DNA of 64,000 nt, taken from contig OZ242164.1 in NCBI GenBank assembly GCA_965205335.1, positions 1,120,001 through 1,184,000 on the forward strand. The letters run 5' to 3'. The stretch's first letter is position 1. Each line of letters opens with the position of its first letter. Made by a program: the position numbers and the translations under genes. Of the stretch, positions 20,192 through 30,907 are shown piece by piece. Source of the DNA: Candidatus Woesearchaeota archaeon (GTDB lineage Archaea > Nanobdellota > Nanobdellia > Woesearchaeales > UBA583). The notes beneath the pieces are model-generated. The model had not been told where the DNA came from. It searched no databases and worked only from the letters and a program-made list of their open reading frames with translations.

Positions 20192-20437
20192 ATGGCTGAA
20201 TTTGATAAGAGTTTAGATGTTGAATTATTCGGAGAAGAAGTTGATTTCGAAACGACTAAAATTAGAGTTTCTGTTATGAGTTATAATGAAGGAAGACCTA
20301 AAGTCCAAATTTCAAGAGAGAATTTTGATGCTAATTTGGAGGAGTGGAGATGGTCAAAACTTGGCAGAATGACAAAGGAAGAAACCTTAGAGGTTATTCC
20401 ATTGCTTCAAAAAGCATTAGAGAATATACCTGAGTAA
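20192..20437 (+). CDS. small conserved protein, PC4/YdbC-like fold (putative)
   Basis: VSVMSYNEGRPKVQISRE..KLGRMTKEE. Confidence 0.55.
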   Translation: MAEFDKSLDVELFGEEVDFETTKIRVSVMSYNEGRPKVQISRENFDANLEEWRWSKLGRMTKEETLEVIPLLQKALENIPE

Positions 20438-20455
20438 GTTCAATTAATTAACTCA

Positions 20456-20629
20456 AATTTAAGTAGTGTTATAGGTATGGGAAATATGTTCTCTGGTGCA
20501 AGTTCATTTAATTGGGATTTGAGCGGTTGGAATATAAGTAGTGTTACCTCCTGTAATATATTAAGTGAGAGTGCTACTTCATAGACATCCTATAATAAAC
20601 CAACTTTTCTTTCACATCTATCTTGTTGA
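20456..20629 (+). pseudogene. DUF285/BspA-type surface-protein repeat remnant
   Basis: Manual translation SSVIGMGNMFSGASSFNWDLSGWNISSVT..*..KPTF; internal TAG, 5' part missing. Confidence 0.75.
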
Positions 20630-20768
20630 GTTTTATTTTTTATTCTTTTTTTGGAATTATTTATGATGCATTTAAATAGCAGATTCTAATCATAGTGGGA
20701 CTTCTTAAATTTATTATTACTTTGGAGTTTAAACTAACTTATATATATTTTTCAAAGGGGAATTTTTC

Positions 20769-23700
20769 ATGGTTAGAAGGAATTTATTTGGAATTTTCAT
20801 TAGTATTTTTGTCATTTTTTTTGTTCTTACGGGGATAGAAGTTCTTGTTTTTGCGGATACAAACAGTGTTTGGCATAATGCCTCTGACGTAAGAGGAGGG
20901 GTTTTAGGAAGTGACGAAGGTTTTCAGGATTTTATTTTAAACAGTACATTGAGTTTGAGAGATTCTGGGAAGATAACTGATGTTCCAACCCCGATAAATG
21001 GAAGTGATGCAGTTAATAAAGATTACGTTGATGCCCAAGTTGGAGGAGTATGTAAAAAAGGAGTCTGTACTTGGACGAGGGGCATAGTTTGTCCATCTAG
21101 TTGGACAAAGGTTGGTTCAGGGGAATATGACACTTATGGATTTAGATTAGATCCAAATTTTAATAGCAGTGATAACAATAAAATGGGATCCTTTTGCTGT
21201 AGAAATTTTATTTCTTTCCCTGCTGAAGACGGATTATGCGGTTCGGGTAAAGACACTTGTATTATTGGTAACATTTACAACTCCTCTTCCAATTCAACTC
21301 ATCATATATGGTATTGCAGTGGAGTTAATGGTGGAACTAACTCAAGTATGTGTAGCAAATTAATCCCTTCTACTCCTGTGAATGGAATATGCAATAATGC
21401 GGTAAGAAATGGCTGTACAAGTGGGACATCTAACGATGGAGCATACTCTGACACCCCCACCCACTACAGATGGCGTTGTGATGGTTTGAATGGGGGAAAT
21501 AATTCGGGTATGTGTAGTAAGGCAAAACTGTGTGGAACCTGTCAAGGGACTTGTTCTTCTCCTTCCGGTGTATCATGTGGAACTTCAATACCGGCTGTAT
21601 CTGGCACTTGCTCCATTAGTGGTGCATCTTGCACCAAGACCTGTGGCACAGGCACTTATTGTTCATCTGGGACTTGTGTCGGTGGTTTTTGTATTAGTCA
21701 ACCAGTAGGAGATTGTGATAATTCTAGGAGAAATGGGTGTGGAGTTGGGAGTGCTAATGATTACGCATATGCTGATACAACTTGTGAGCACAGATGGCGT
21801 TGTGATGCATCTGGAGGTAATTCAGTAATGTGTAGTATAGTCAAACCAAGCGCTAATACATGTAATGCACTATCATGTCCTTCCCGATCAAATGTATCAT
21901 GTGGAAGTCCAATACCAGACCAATCAGGCACTTACTCTTGTAGTGGAAACTCCTGCGCTAGAACTTGTTCAGGAACAGGTACCTACTGTCCATCTGGGAC
22001 TTGTACTAGTGGTTCTTGTCGTTGCATCAGCTCTAATACAGCATGTTCAGGAGGTAAATGTGATTATCAAATAGATAATTGTGGTAATAGTGTTTTCTGT
22101 GGTGATTGTCCAGTAGATGGAAATTGGAGTGATTGGAGTTCTTGTTCTGCAACCATTTGTGGTAGTACTGGGAATCAAATGAGAACATGTACAAATCCTT
22201 CTCCACTATATGGTGGGGCTCAATGTAGTGGTAGTAATTCTAGGAGTTGTACTGCGCCAGGTCATCTTGTGAATGGAAACTGGAGTGATTGGAGTGCCTG
22301 TTCAGCAACTGCATGTGATGTAGATGGAGCTCAAACTCGGTCGTGTAATAGTCCCTCTCCTGCTTGCGGAGGGTCTGATTGTAGTGGTTCAAGCAGTAGG
22401 TCTTGTACAGGAACAAATCGAAGGGATGGTGGTTGGAGTTCTTACGGTGCTTGGAGTAATGAAGGTTCCTGTGGTCAGTATGTAAATTGCAGACAGCGCG
22501 AAGAAAAAGAGCGAACCTGCACTAACCCTAGTCCTGGATGCAGTGGTTTAGCCTGTAGTCCTAATTCTCCCATAGAAACACGTGACACCAAATCCTGCGG
22601 CAGGGTTAATGGAGGCTGGAGCACACTCCTTCCCCCAAGTAAAGTGCCATGTGGTGAAACTAGAACCGCTACTTGCAACAGTCCGCATCCGCAATGTGGA
22701 GGGACCTGTCCTGAACCTAGACCATCTGTAACAGGTACCAAATGTTCATCAGGAATCTGTAAAAATGGTGTGTGTAAAACATGTGATGTGATACCAGAGT
22801 GTGGAAGTAGTGCAAACACCTGTTCCTCTGGAGATCATAATCATCATCCATCCGATACTGGTACAAGATTTCTTTGGACTTGTAGGAGTGATCCATATGA
22901 TAGTAGTATATGTACCCCTCATAGAGTATCGTGTGGTGCAGATAAGCCTCCCTGTGAGGTGTGTAATTCCTGTGGACAATGTAATACAGGGCGTGAGGCT
23001 GGTGATGGTAGATGTTATGCTACTACCGATCCTTATCCACTTATTACTGCTCCTCCTGATTCATCTTGTCCTGTAGTAAATTGTGAAGGTTCCTGGAGTG
23101 ATACTAATGTGTGTAGTAAGGCGTGTGGTGGTGGATTTTTGCAACAGGTATTTACTATAACTCAGCAACCACAAAATGGAGGAACTGCATGTCCATCTTC
23201 ACCACGGTGGGGAACAACGTCTTGTAATACTGGATGCTGTCCTGTGAATGGAGTATGTTATTACGTTGATTTTGCCATTGAGGGTTATCACGGTGGATGT
23301 ACTTTTGGAGTGTTAGATGGAGATCCTCATTCTTCTGCTAATTGGTATTGTCAAGGGATTTGTGGTGGAAGTTTTGCCACGTGCGATTCTTGCACGGAAG
23401 AGTTTGGTTGTACTTCTCCGTCTCCACCTCCACCTCCACCTCCTCCACCTCCACCTCCACCACCGAGTTGTGGTGGGTCACGTTGTGATGATGATGGTTA
23501 TTGTACTGCAGATTGTCCTTGTAGTAGTGGAGAGGGTGATTGTGATGGACCTAGTCATTGTTCTCCAGGTTTAGTGTGTTGTAACGATGTTGGGAGTCAA
23601 TATAGTTGTCCAAAGTCTTACACAGATATTTGTTTGAGTTCATGTCCATCTCCACCACCTCCACCTCCTCCACCTCCACCTCCACCACCGAGTTGTGGTG

Positions 23701-24065
23701 GGTCACGTTGTGATGATGATGGTTATTGTACTGCAGATTGTCCTTGTAGTAGTGGAGAGGGTGATTGTGATGGACCTAGTCATTGTTCTCCAGGTTTAGT
23801 GTGTTGTAACGATGTTGGGAGTCAATATAGTTGTCCAAAGTCTTACACAGATATTTGTTTGAGTTCATGTCCATCTCCACCACCTCCACCACCTCCACCT
23901 CCTCCTACAGGGGGTTGTACACCAGCTACAATAGATAATTGTGTCCTTAGTGCTTATGCCACTCACCAACAATTTGAGAGTGGTCATTGCACTGTTGGTG
24001 GAGGTAATTGTGAATATCAATGTTTTAATGGGGCGTGGATAGTCCAAACTCATTGTATAAATTAG
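20769..24065 (+). CDS. secreted Cys-rich surface protein with thrombospondin type-1 repeats and poly-Pro linkers
   Basis: Signal/TM helix, DAVNKDYVD, WxCxGxNGG repeats, several GxWSxWSxC..RxCxxPxPxxGGxxC TSP1 units, duplicated GEGDCD domain. Confidence 0.85.
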   Translation: MVRRNLFGIFISIFVIFFVLTGIEVLVFADTNSVWHNASDVRGGVLGSDEGFQDFILNSTLSLRDSGKITDVPTPINGSDAVNKDYVDAQVGGVCKKGVCTWTRGIVCPSSWTKVGSGEYDTYGFRLDPNFNSSDNNKMGSFCCRNFISFPAEDGLCGSGKDTCIIGNIYNSSSNSTHHIWYCSGVNGGTNSSMCSKLIPSTPVNGICNNAVRNGCTSGTSNDGAYSDTPTHYRWRCDGLNGGNNSGMCSKAKLCGTCQGTCSSPSGVSCGTSIPAVSGTCSISGASCTKTCGTGTYCSSGTCVGGFCISQPVGDCDNSRRNGCGVGSANDYAYADTTCEHRWRCDASGGNSVMCSIVKPSANTCNALSCPSRSNVSCGSPIPDQSGTYSCSGNSCARTCSGTGTYCPSGTCTSGSCRCISSNTACSGGKCDYQIDNCGNSVFCGDCPVDGNWSDWSSCSATICGSTGNQMRTCTNPSPLYGGAQCSGSNSRSCTAPGHLVNGNWSDWSACSATACDVDGAQTRSCNSPSPACGGSDCSGSSSRSCTGTNRRDGGWSSYGAWSNEGSCGQYVNCRQREEKERTCTNPSPGCSGLACSPNSPIETRDTKSCGRVNGGWSTLLPPSKVPCGETRTATCNSPHPQCGGTCPEPRPSVTGTKCSSGICKNGVCKTCDVIPECGSSANTCSSGDHNHHPSDTGTRFLWTCRSDPYDSSICTPHRVSCGADKPPCEVCNSCGQCNTGREAGDGRCYATTDPYPLITAPPDSSCPVVNCEGSWSDTNVCSKACGGGFLQQVFTITQQPQNGGTACPSSPRWGTTSCNTGCCPVNGVCYYVDFAIEGYHGGCTFGVLDGDPHSSANWYCQGICGGSFATCDSCTEEFGCTSPSPPPPPPPPPPPPPPSCGGSRCDDDGYCTADCPCSSGEGDCDGPSHCSPGLVCCNDVGSQYSCPKSYTDICLSSCPSPPPPPPPPPPPPPSCGGSRCDDDGYCTADCPCSSGEGDCDGPSHCSPGLVCCNDVGSQYSCPKSYTDICLSSCPSPPPPPPPPPPTGGCTPATIDNCVLSAYATHQQFESGHCTVGGGNCEYQCFNGAWIVQTHCIN
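23421..23906 (+). repeat. 225-bp tandem duplication with (CCA/CCT)n poly-Pro spacers
   Basis: CCGAGTTGTGG begins at 23463 and at 23688; the units read identical by eye. Confidence 0.95.
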
Positions 24066-24349
24066 CCCTTTGGATGATGTATATAGATAGGACTTCATAT
24101 CCAATATTATGGAAGACTTTCCTGACAATGAGGTGTGATTTTTCAAATTCTATAAATTTTTGAAGTTTGAATATCATAATCCAATTTTTTGGTGGTGCAG
24201 AGGATCATATGGTGGAAGTAATATTCTTTGCAGTCAAAGTCCTGACCCTCTTCCCTAAGAAAAATAGTTCCATTCGGTCAAAATAACTGCAATCTTGCTC
24301 CAACCATATCATACAATAAATAATATAATTAAAACAATTAAAAAATAAT

Positions 24350-26236
24350 CTAAGCCTTCTTCCCTTTCTTACTTGACTTCTTCTTATCTGATTTCTCCTC
24401 TGCTTCAACATCAACGACATTGTCATCAGGCTTTGAACCCTCCTTAGAATTCTCTTTTGAGGAACTTGCCTTTGCTTGCTGCTCCTGAGCCATCTTGGAA
24501 TACATCTCCTGAGCTTCCTTTTGAATCTCATCCATTTTTTCCTTGATCTTTGAAACATTCCTTTTCTCAGCCTTAAGTGTCTCATCCAACTCATTAATCT
24601 TTTCAATAACACCTGATGCAACTTTCTGATCCACCTTATCCTTATTTTCATCAAGAGTCTTCTTAGTCTGGTAAACCAACTGCTCTGCAGAATTCACAGT
24701 TTCAATCTCTTCCTTTCTCTTCTTATCTTCATCTGCATGCTTTTCAGCTTCCTTTTGCATTTTCTCAATTTCCTCCTTAGAAAGATTTGTTGATGCTACA
24801 ATCTTAACCGACTGTTCCTTTCCTGTTCCCAAATCCTTGGCGCAGACATTCACAATACCATTAGCGTCAATATCAAAAGTAACCTCAATCTGTGGAACTC
24901 CCCTTGGAGCAGGTGGAATACCTTCAAGATTAAAAGAACCAATAGCCTTGTTATCATTAAACATAGCCCTCTCTCCCTGTCCTATACGAATAGTTACAGC
25001 CGCCTGATTATCCTCTGCTGTTGAATAAACCTGAGACTTCTTTGTAGGAATAGTTGTATTCTTTTCAATCATCTTCGTAAAAACACCGCCAAGAGTTTCA
25101 ATACCAAGACTTAACGGAGTAACATCAAGCAATAAAACATCCTTAATCTCTCCTGCTAAAACTCCTCCCTGAATAGCTGCTCCTAGTGCAACCGCCTCAT
25201 CAGGATTAACAGACTTATCCGCCTGCTTTCCACTTATCTCCTTTACTAAATCAGAAACTGCAGGAGTTCTTGTTGAACCTCCAACTAAAAGAACCTTATC
25301 AATCTCTGATAACTTCAACTTTGAATCCTTAATTGCTTGCTCTGTTGGTTTTCTTAACTTATCTAAAATAGGAGAAATAAGTTCATTAAACTTAGCCCTT
25401 GTAATCTTCATTTCAAGATGCTTTGGCCCATTAGCATCTGCTGTAATAAAAGGCTCACTAATCTCCGTTTCCAATTTAGATGACAGCTCAATCTTTGATT
25501 TCTCTGTTGCTGTTTTCAGCCTCTGAGCTGCCTGAGGATCTTCTCTTAAATCAATCCCATGTTCCTTCTTGAACTCATCTGCAACATAATCAATAAGAAT
25601 CTTATCAATATCATCTCCTCCCAAATGATTATCTCCTGCTGTTGCTTTTACTTCAAAAACTCCATTATCAAGTTCAAGAACTGAAACATCAAAAGTTCCA
25701 CCTCCAAAATCAAACACTAAAACATTATGTGCACCAGTTTTATCTATACCATAAGCAAGAGCTGCCGCAGTTGGTTCATTAATAATTCTCTCAACCTCAA
25801 AACCTGCAATCTTACCTGCATCCTTTGTTGCCTGTCTTTGCGAATCACTAAAATATGCCGGAACTGTAATTACTGCCTTTTTAATATCTTCTCCAAGATA
25901 ATCCTGTGCATCCTTTTTAATCTTGCTCAAAGTCATTGCTGAAATCTCTTGAGGTGTATAATCCTTTCCATGAATATTTACCTTATAATCCTCTCCCATA
26001 TGTGTTTTAATTGATAAAACTGTTTCATTGGGCTTAACTACTGCTTGTTTCTTAGCAGGCTCTCCCACTATTCTCTCCCCATCCTTTGAAATATGAACAA
26101 CAGATGGAGTGGTCCTTGTCCCTTCCAAATTTGGAATAACTACCGGATTTCCTGATTCAATGATTGAGAAACACGAATTTGTTGTTCCCAAATCAATCCC
26201 TAATATTTTTTCTTTTGCCATTTTCTTAAATATCAT
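24350..26236 (-). CDS. dnaK: chaperone DnaK (Hsp70)
   Basis: [25 protein letters not shown] and [11 protein letters not shown]. Confidence 0.98.
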   Translation of the reverse strand: MIFKKMAKEKILGIDLGTTNSCFSIIESGNPVVIPNLEGTRTTPSVVHISKDGERIVGEPAKKQAVVKPNETVLSIKTHMGEDYKVNIHGKDYTPQEISAMTLSKIKKDAQDYLGEDIKKAVITVPAYFSDSQRQATKDAGKIAGFEVERIINEPTAAALAYGIDKTGAHNVLVFDFGGGTFDVSVLELDNGVFEVKATAGDNHLGGDDIDKILIDYVADEFKKEHGIDLREDPQAAQRLKTATEKSKIELSSKLETEISEPFITADANGPKHLEMKITRAKFNELISPILDKLRKPTEQAIKDSKLKLSEIDKVLLVGGSTRTPAVSDLVKEISGKQADKSVNPDEAVALGAAIQGGVLAGEIKDVLLLDVTPLSLGIETLGGVFTKMIEKNTTIPTKKSQVYSTAEDNQAAVTIRIGQGERAMFNDNKAIGSFNLEGIPPAPRGVPQIEVTFDIDANGIVNVCAKDLGTGKEQSVKIVASTNLSKEEIEKMQKEAEKHADEDKKRKEEIETVNSAEQLVYQTKKTLDENKDKVDQKVASGVIEKINELDETLKAEKRNVSKIKEKMDEIQKEAQEMYSKMAQEQQAKASSSKENSKEGSKPDDNVVDVEAEEKSDKKKSSKKGKKA

Positions 26237-26445
26237 TAAATTTTACGTTTTTGATAAAAGCAACTAATTAATTTTAATTTATAAATCTTATTATTTTTTA
26301 ACAAAACTGAAAAAAACAAAGAAAAATAAGAATTTGTGATAATACTAATATGATCTACTTTAATTCATAATTTGCAAAATTAGAAACTCGACATAATTAT
26401 TAAAACACTAAATTTATATACTGATTTAAACTTTTTCTAAATAAA

Positions 26446-26928
26446 ATGACAATAGAACGAACATTTACCATGATTAAGCCTGATGGCGTTCAGAGACAAA
26501 TAGTAGGAGAAATAATCACAAGATTTGAGAAAATAGGATTAAAACTAGTTGGTATGAAATTCATCCATGTAGATGCAGAATTTTCAAAAAAGCATTACTC
26601 AGAACATATTGGCAAACCATTCTACAAAGGACTTGAAGACTTATTAGTAAGCGGTCCCGTTGTTGCTATGGTTTGGGAAGGTGCTAAAGCAGTTGAATTA
26701 GTTCGTAAAATGGTTGGTTCAACTGAACCTGCAAACTCCCAGTCAGGTACAATTAGAGGAGATTATGCCCATATGAGTTATGCAAGAGCAGACGAATTAA
26801 ACATAGGAGTTCCAAACTTAATTCACGCCTCAGACTCTTTGGAAAATGCCCAGAAAGAAATATCTTTGTGGTTTAGCGAATCTGAGATATTTGACAATTA
26901 CGAAACAGTGCATTCAAAATTCATGTAA
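26446..26928 (+). CDS. ndk: nucleoside diphosphate kinase
   Basis: [16 protein letters not shown] and NLIHASDS. Confidence 0.97.
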   Translation: MTIERTFTMIKPDGVQRQIVGEIITRFEKIGLKLVGMKFIHVDAEFSKKHYSEHIGKPFYKGLEDLLVSGPVVAMVWEGAKAVELVRKMVGSTEPANSQSGTIRGDYAHMSYARADELNIGVPNLIHASDSLENAQKEISLWFSESEIFDNYETVHSKFM

Positions 26929-26970
26929 ACTAAATTGAAAGGAAGAATAAATTAGGTTATACAATCATTT

Positions 26971-27444
26971 CTATTTTTTAAACTTCTTAACAATGCCATA
27001 TAAAACCAATCCAAAAATACAACCTTGGATAGCACCGTAGATAGCACCCAAAAAAGCACCAAAAATAGCAAGAATAATTGTAATAGTAACTGAGTAAGCA
27101 ACATCTACTCCTGTAGCAACAATAAATGCTAAGATAAAAACGGTAAAAATAAGAACTATGATAACACTAATAATTGTTTCAGTAATGCAGCAAACCATAA
27201 CACATCTTCCTAATGAATCCACTTTATATTTATAGCATAAAAATCCAAGAACAGCACCAAAAATAGCAGCAGAAACAATTCCAATTATAGTAGCAATAAT
27301 ATATACAGCAGAATCAAAAGAAATAATCATGTAGATAAGATTCATAATAACTCCGAAAATAACGCTTATTATAGCGTAACTAATAGCACCCCATATAGCA
27401 CCGTCCCAACCATTCCTGAACAGAAATTTATTTTTATTAACCAT
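26971..27444 (-). CDS. Gly-rich four-TM membrane protein
   Basis: GAIxG repeats within hydrophobic helices. Confidence 0.7.
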   Translation of the reverse strand: MVNKNKFLFRNGWDGAIWGAISYAIISVIFGVIMNLIYMIISFDSAVYIIATIIGIVSAAIFGAVLGFLCYKYKVDSLGRCVMVCCITETIISVIIVLIFTVFILAFIVATGVDVAYSVTITIILAIFGAFLGAIYGAIQGCIFGLVLYGIVKKFKK

Positions 27445-27527
27445 AAAACTCTATACAACTTTACTAATTAATAAACTTTTCCTCTCTATGACGTAGACGT
27501 ATAAATCTGTCCAAAACAAAACCTTAC

Positions 27528-28112
27528 TCAAACTCCTAAACTTATCAGAATATAATTAAAGTAAAGAGTTACAATAATTAACATAAAAATAAGTTTAATT
27601 AAAACAATACTCGCCAAAACTCTCTGCCATATAGTTTTATAATAATTCTTTAAATTAACTACTAAATTGACGAAATAATACACAAACAGAATAGACATTA
27701 AAATCTTTAAAAATAACAAAATTTCATCATTGTATATCATATTCATCACCAACCATACAACATTCAATAAAATAATAAAATGCATTGAAACAACAAAAAA
27801 TACTAAATACCCTTCCCAGAAATGATAAGGCTTGCCCTCAAAAGCAATAAGAAATAAATTCAGAAGAAAATAAACTATAAAAAGTGCTATTGGCACACCG
27901 ATAACACCTAAAAGAATTTGATTCATTACAGAAACATATGTACTAAGAGCGATTACAACATTAACAATAGCAAGAACTCCAAGCAAAACCAAACAATAAA
28001 TAAGCAGATTAGAAGTTCTAAACTTGCTTGCAAATATTTTCATATTGTATAATGACTTAAAAAAATCAAAAATCCCTAACTCTTTTTTTAAAGATTTCAC
28101 TACCATAAACAA
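27528..28112 (-). CDS. multi-pass membrane protein (Yip1-like topology)
   Basis: Five hydrophobic segments. Confidence 0.55.
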   Translation of the reverse strand: MFMVVKSLKKELGIFDFFKSLYNMKIFASKFRTSNLLIYCLVLLGVLAIVNVVIALSTYVSVMNQILLGVIGVPIALFIVYFLLNLFLIAFEGKPYHFWEGYLVFFVVSMHFIILLNVVWLVMNMIYNDEILLFLKILMSILFVYYFVNLVVNLKNYYKTIWQRVLASIVLIKLIFMLIIVTLYFNYILISLGV

Positions 28113-28161
28113 ATTATAAAAGATTATTTTATAAACTTTTTCTTTCTAAAGTATTAGTTAA

Positions 28162-28662
28162 ATGAAAAAAAAGGCTCAGGTTAAATTTGGAGAAACAATA
28201 GGGATAATAATCATAGTATATATTGTTTTAATGCTTGGACTTCTTTGGTATAATGATGTCAATTCTGATAGTTTAGATGAATTGTATAAAGGAGACCAAA
28301 AAAGCAGAGGATTTGAAAAATACTACTATATCACAAATAACCACATGCTCCGTGAGGCTCAACAAGGTTCTATTGATGAAGAATTTAATCTTGAATCAAT
28401 TCATGCAATGAATATATACTCTAAATCTAAAAATGGAAATGATTACTTATATAAATTCTTAGGATATTCAAATGTAAGTATAAAATATTATGATGCTAAT
28501 CTGGAAAATCACCAAGTAATAGAAATTTATTCAAATGTTCCAGATAGCAGTAACATAAATGACGAAGAAATATTTAGAACATTAATTCCAATAGTTGATA
28601 AATCAAATAATACAGTACTAATTGGAGTATTAGAATTAATTAATTATGAACTTAAAAGATAG
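28162..28662 (+). CDS. class III signal peptide (archaeal pilin-like) protein
   Basis: MKKKAQ followed by the hydrophobic helix ETIGIIIIVYIVLMLGLLW. Confidence 0.7.
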   Translation: MKKKAQVKFGETIGIIIIVYIVLMLGLLWYNDVNSDSLDELYKGDQKSRGFEKYYYITNNHMLREAQQGSIDEEFNLESIHAMNIYSKSKNGNDYLYKFLGYSNVSIKYYDANLENHQVIEIYSNVPDSSNINDEEIFRTLIPIVDKSNNTVLIGVLELINYELKR

Positions 28663-28792
28663 TTTAAATTTCTCTATAAAATATTTAATAAACTCTTAAA
28701 ATTTCAAAACCTGAATAAAAAATCATACTTAATTATAATTTTCACATATAATTAATAAAAAATTATATATAATACTTATCATAAACTCTTTT

Positions 28793-30844
28793 ATGGCTCA
28801 AGCATTAGATAGCAAAAAACTAATGAAAGAATTTCATAATTTCTTTGAAGAACATATGAGATCACAAATTAGAGAAGCTATTCACAGTGAGAAAGATACA
28901 CTTCACATAAATTTCTTTGACATTTCAGAATATGACATAGAATTAGGAGACCAACTTCTTGAATATCCACAAGATGTTCTAAAAATTATGGATGAAACAC
29001 TTAAACAATTCTCTGAAGATGATAATTCAAATCACTTAAAAGCAAGACTTACCTCCCTTCCTAAAACAGAACACCTAATGATTAGAGACATTCGCTCAGA
29101 GCATTTGGGAAAACTTATATTAGTTGAAGGACTTGTAATAAGGAAAACAGATGTAAGGCCCAGACTAACGCATATTGAATATCTATGCACAAACCCGGAC
29201 TGCACTTACTCACAGGAAAAATTAAGAATTCCCCAGATTGAAGAAAAAGCTAAAAAATTGAAAGCATGTGTTAGATGCAAAGCCCCAATTGAAATTGTAA
29301 ACAGGGTGCTTGTAGATTCTCAGAACCTTCTCTTAGGTGAAATTCCCGAGCAGTTAAAAAACTCAGCAGACCAGCCAAGAAGAATAAATGTATTACTAAG
29401 TGAAGATTTAGTTAGTCCTTTCAAAGATTCTCGAACAAACCCAGGGGCAAAAGTATATGTTGTTGGGACAGTTAAAGAAATTCCAAAACAAACCAGAACA
29501 GGAGCAGACAGTGTAAACTATGATATTATTATTGATGGGCATTATATAGATTTATCCCAGAAAGATTACTCAGAAATTAAAATTAGCAAAGAAGAAGAAG
29601 AAAAAATTAAAGAATTATCAAAAAAAGATAATGTGTATGATATTTTAACAGAGAACTTTGCTCCTTCAATCTTTGGGTATAACAGGGTTAAAGAAGCTAT
29701 CCTACTTCAGTTATTTGGAGGTTCTCCTAAGGAGAAAGAAGATGGAGTAAGAGTTAGAGGTGATATTCATGTATTATTAATTGGAGACCCAGGGGCCGCT
29801 AAATCGCAAATGCTTAAAGCTGCAACAAGAATAGCCCCCAAATCATCATTTGTATCAGGAAAATCAGCAACAGGTGTTGGAATGGTTGCAGCGGTTGTGC
29901 GTGATGATTTAACAAAAGGATGGGCATTAGAAGCAGGAGCCTTAGTTTTAGCATCAGGCGGGCTTGCCTCAATAGATGAAATGGATAAAATGTCTGATGA
30001 TGACACATCCGCTATGCATGAGGCATTAGAACAGCAAACAGTATCAATCGCTAAAGCAAACATTCAGGCAACATTAAGATGTCAAACAACAGTATTAGGT
30101 GCGGCAAATCCCAAATTTGGAAGATTTGATCCTTATGGTGATATTGCAAAACAAATTGACTTTCCGCCAACTCTACTTTCAAGATTTGATCTTATATTTG
30201 TTTTAAGAGACATTCCCGATAAGAAAAGAGATGACTTAATTGCAGACCATATTCTTCAAACAAATAAGGATACATCAAAAACAATTACAGATCTTGAACC
30301 TGATTTTATTAAAAAATTTATTGCGTATGCAAAAGAGAATTGCAATCCCATTCTAACTCAGGAGGCAATAACTAAAATAAGAGAATTTTATGTGAAAATT
30401 AGATCAAGTGGTGCTGATAATGAAGAGTCAGGCGTTAAATCTGTTCCAATTACAGCAAGACAACTTGAAGCTATTGTAAGACTCTCAGAAGCCTACGCTA
30501 AGATTAAACTAGATAATATCATTAAAGTTGAATATGCTCAGAAGGCAATTGATATGATTATGTATTGCTTAGAAAAAATCGGAATAGACCCGAAAACAGG
30601 TGAACTTGATATTGACAGAATTACAACAGGAGTTACAGCAACAACCCGAAATCAATACAAAACAATTAATGATATTATTGACAGACTGGAAACAGAAAAA
30701 CCAGACATTAGTTATGACGATATTTGTGAGCAGGCAGACAAAACAAATGTTCCAAGAAAAGAAGTGGCGAGAATTCTTGACAAATTAAAACAAGAAGGAA
30801 TAATTTATGAACCAAGAAAAAATATTTACAAAAAACTCTTATAG
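28793..30844 (+). CDS. mcm: MCM replicative helicase
   Basis: GDPGAAKSQ, LEAGALVLA, IDEMDKM and LLSRFDL; C-terminal winged helix. Confidence 0.97.
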   Translation: MAQALDSKKLMKEFHNFFEEHMRSQIREAIHSEKDTLHINFFDISEYDIELGDQLLEYPQDVLKIMDETLKQFSEDDNSNHLKARLTSLPKTEHLMIRDIRSEHLGKLILVEGLVIRKTDVRPRLTHIEYLCTNPDCTYSQEKLRIPQIEEKAKKLKACVRCKAPIEIVNRVLVDSQNLLLGEIPEQLKNSADQPRRINVLLSEDLVSPFKDSRTNPGAKVYVVGTVKEIPKQTRTGADSVNYDIIIDGHYIDLSQKDYSEIKISKEEEEKIKELSKKDNVYDILTENFAPSIFGYNRVKEAILLQLFGGSPKEKEDGVRVRGDIHVLLIGDPGAAKSQMLKAATRIAPKSSFVSGKSATGVGMVAAVVRDDLTKGWALEAGALVLASGGLASIDEMDKMSDDDTSAMHEALEQQTVSIAKANIQATLRCQTTVLGAANPKFGRFDPYGDIAKQIDFPPTLLSRFDLIFVLRDIPDKKRDDLIADHILQTNKDTSKTITDLEPDFIKKFIAYAKENCNPILTQEAITKIREFYVKIRSSGADNEESGVKSVPITARQLEAIVRLSEAYAKIKLDNIIKVEYAQKAIDMIMYCLEKIGIDPKTGELDIDRITTGVTATTRNQYKTINDIIDRLETEKPDISYDDICEQADKTNVPRKEVARILDKLKQEGIIYEPRKNIYKKLL

Positions 30845-30907
30845 ATTCAATTATAAAATAAAAACTTGTAATTATTCATAATGGAAAATGCGAGAATCCT
30901 GATTAAA

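Noticed and set aside
24205-24654. 149-aa basic ORF overlapping dnaK, and the many antisense or alternate-frame ORFs inside long genes
   Set aside because: Shadows of well-supported genes with no independent motifs
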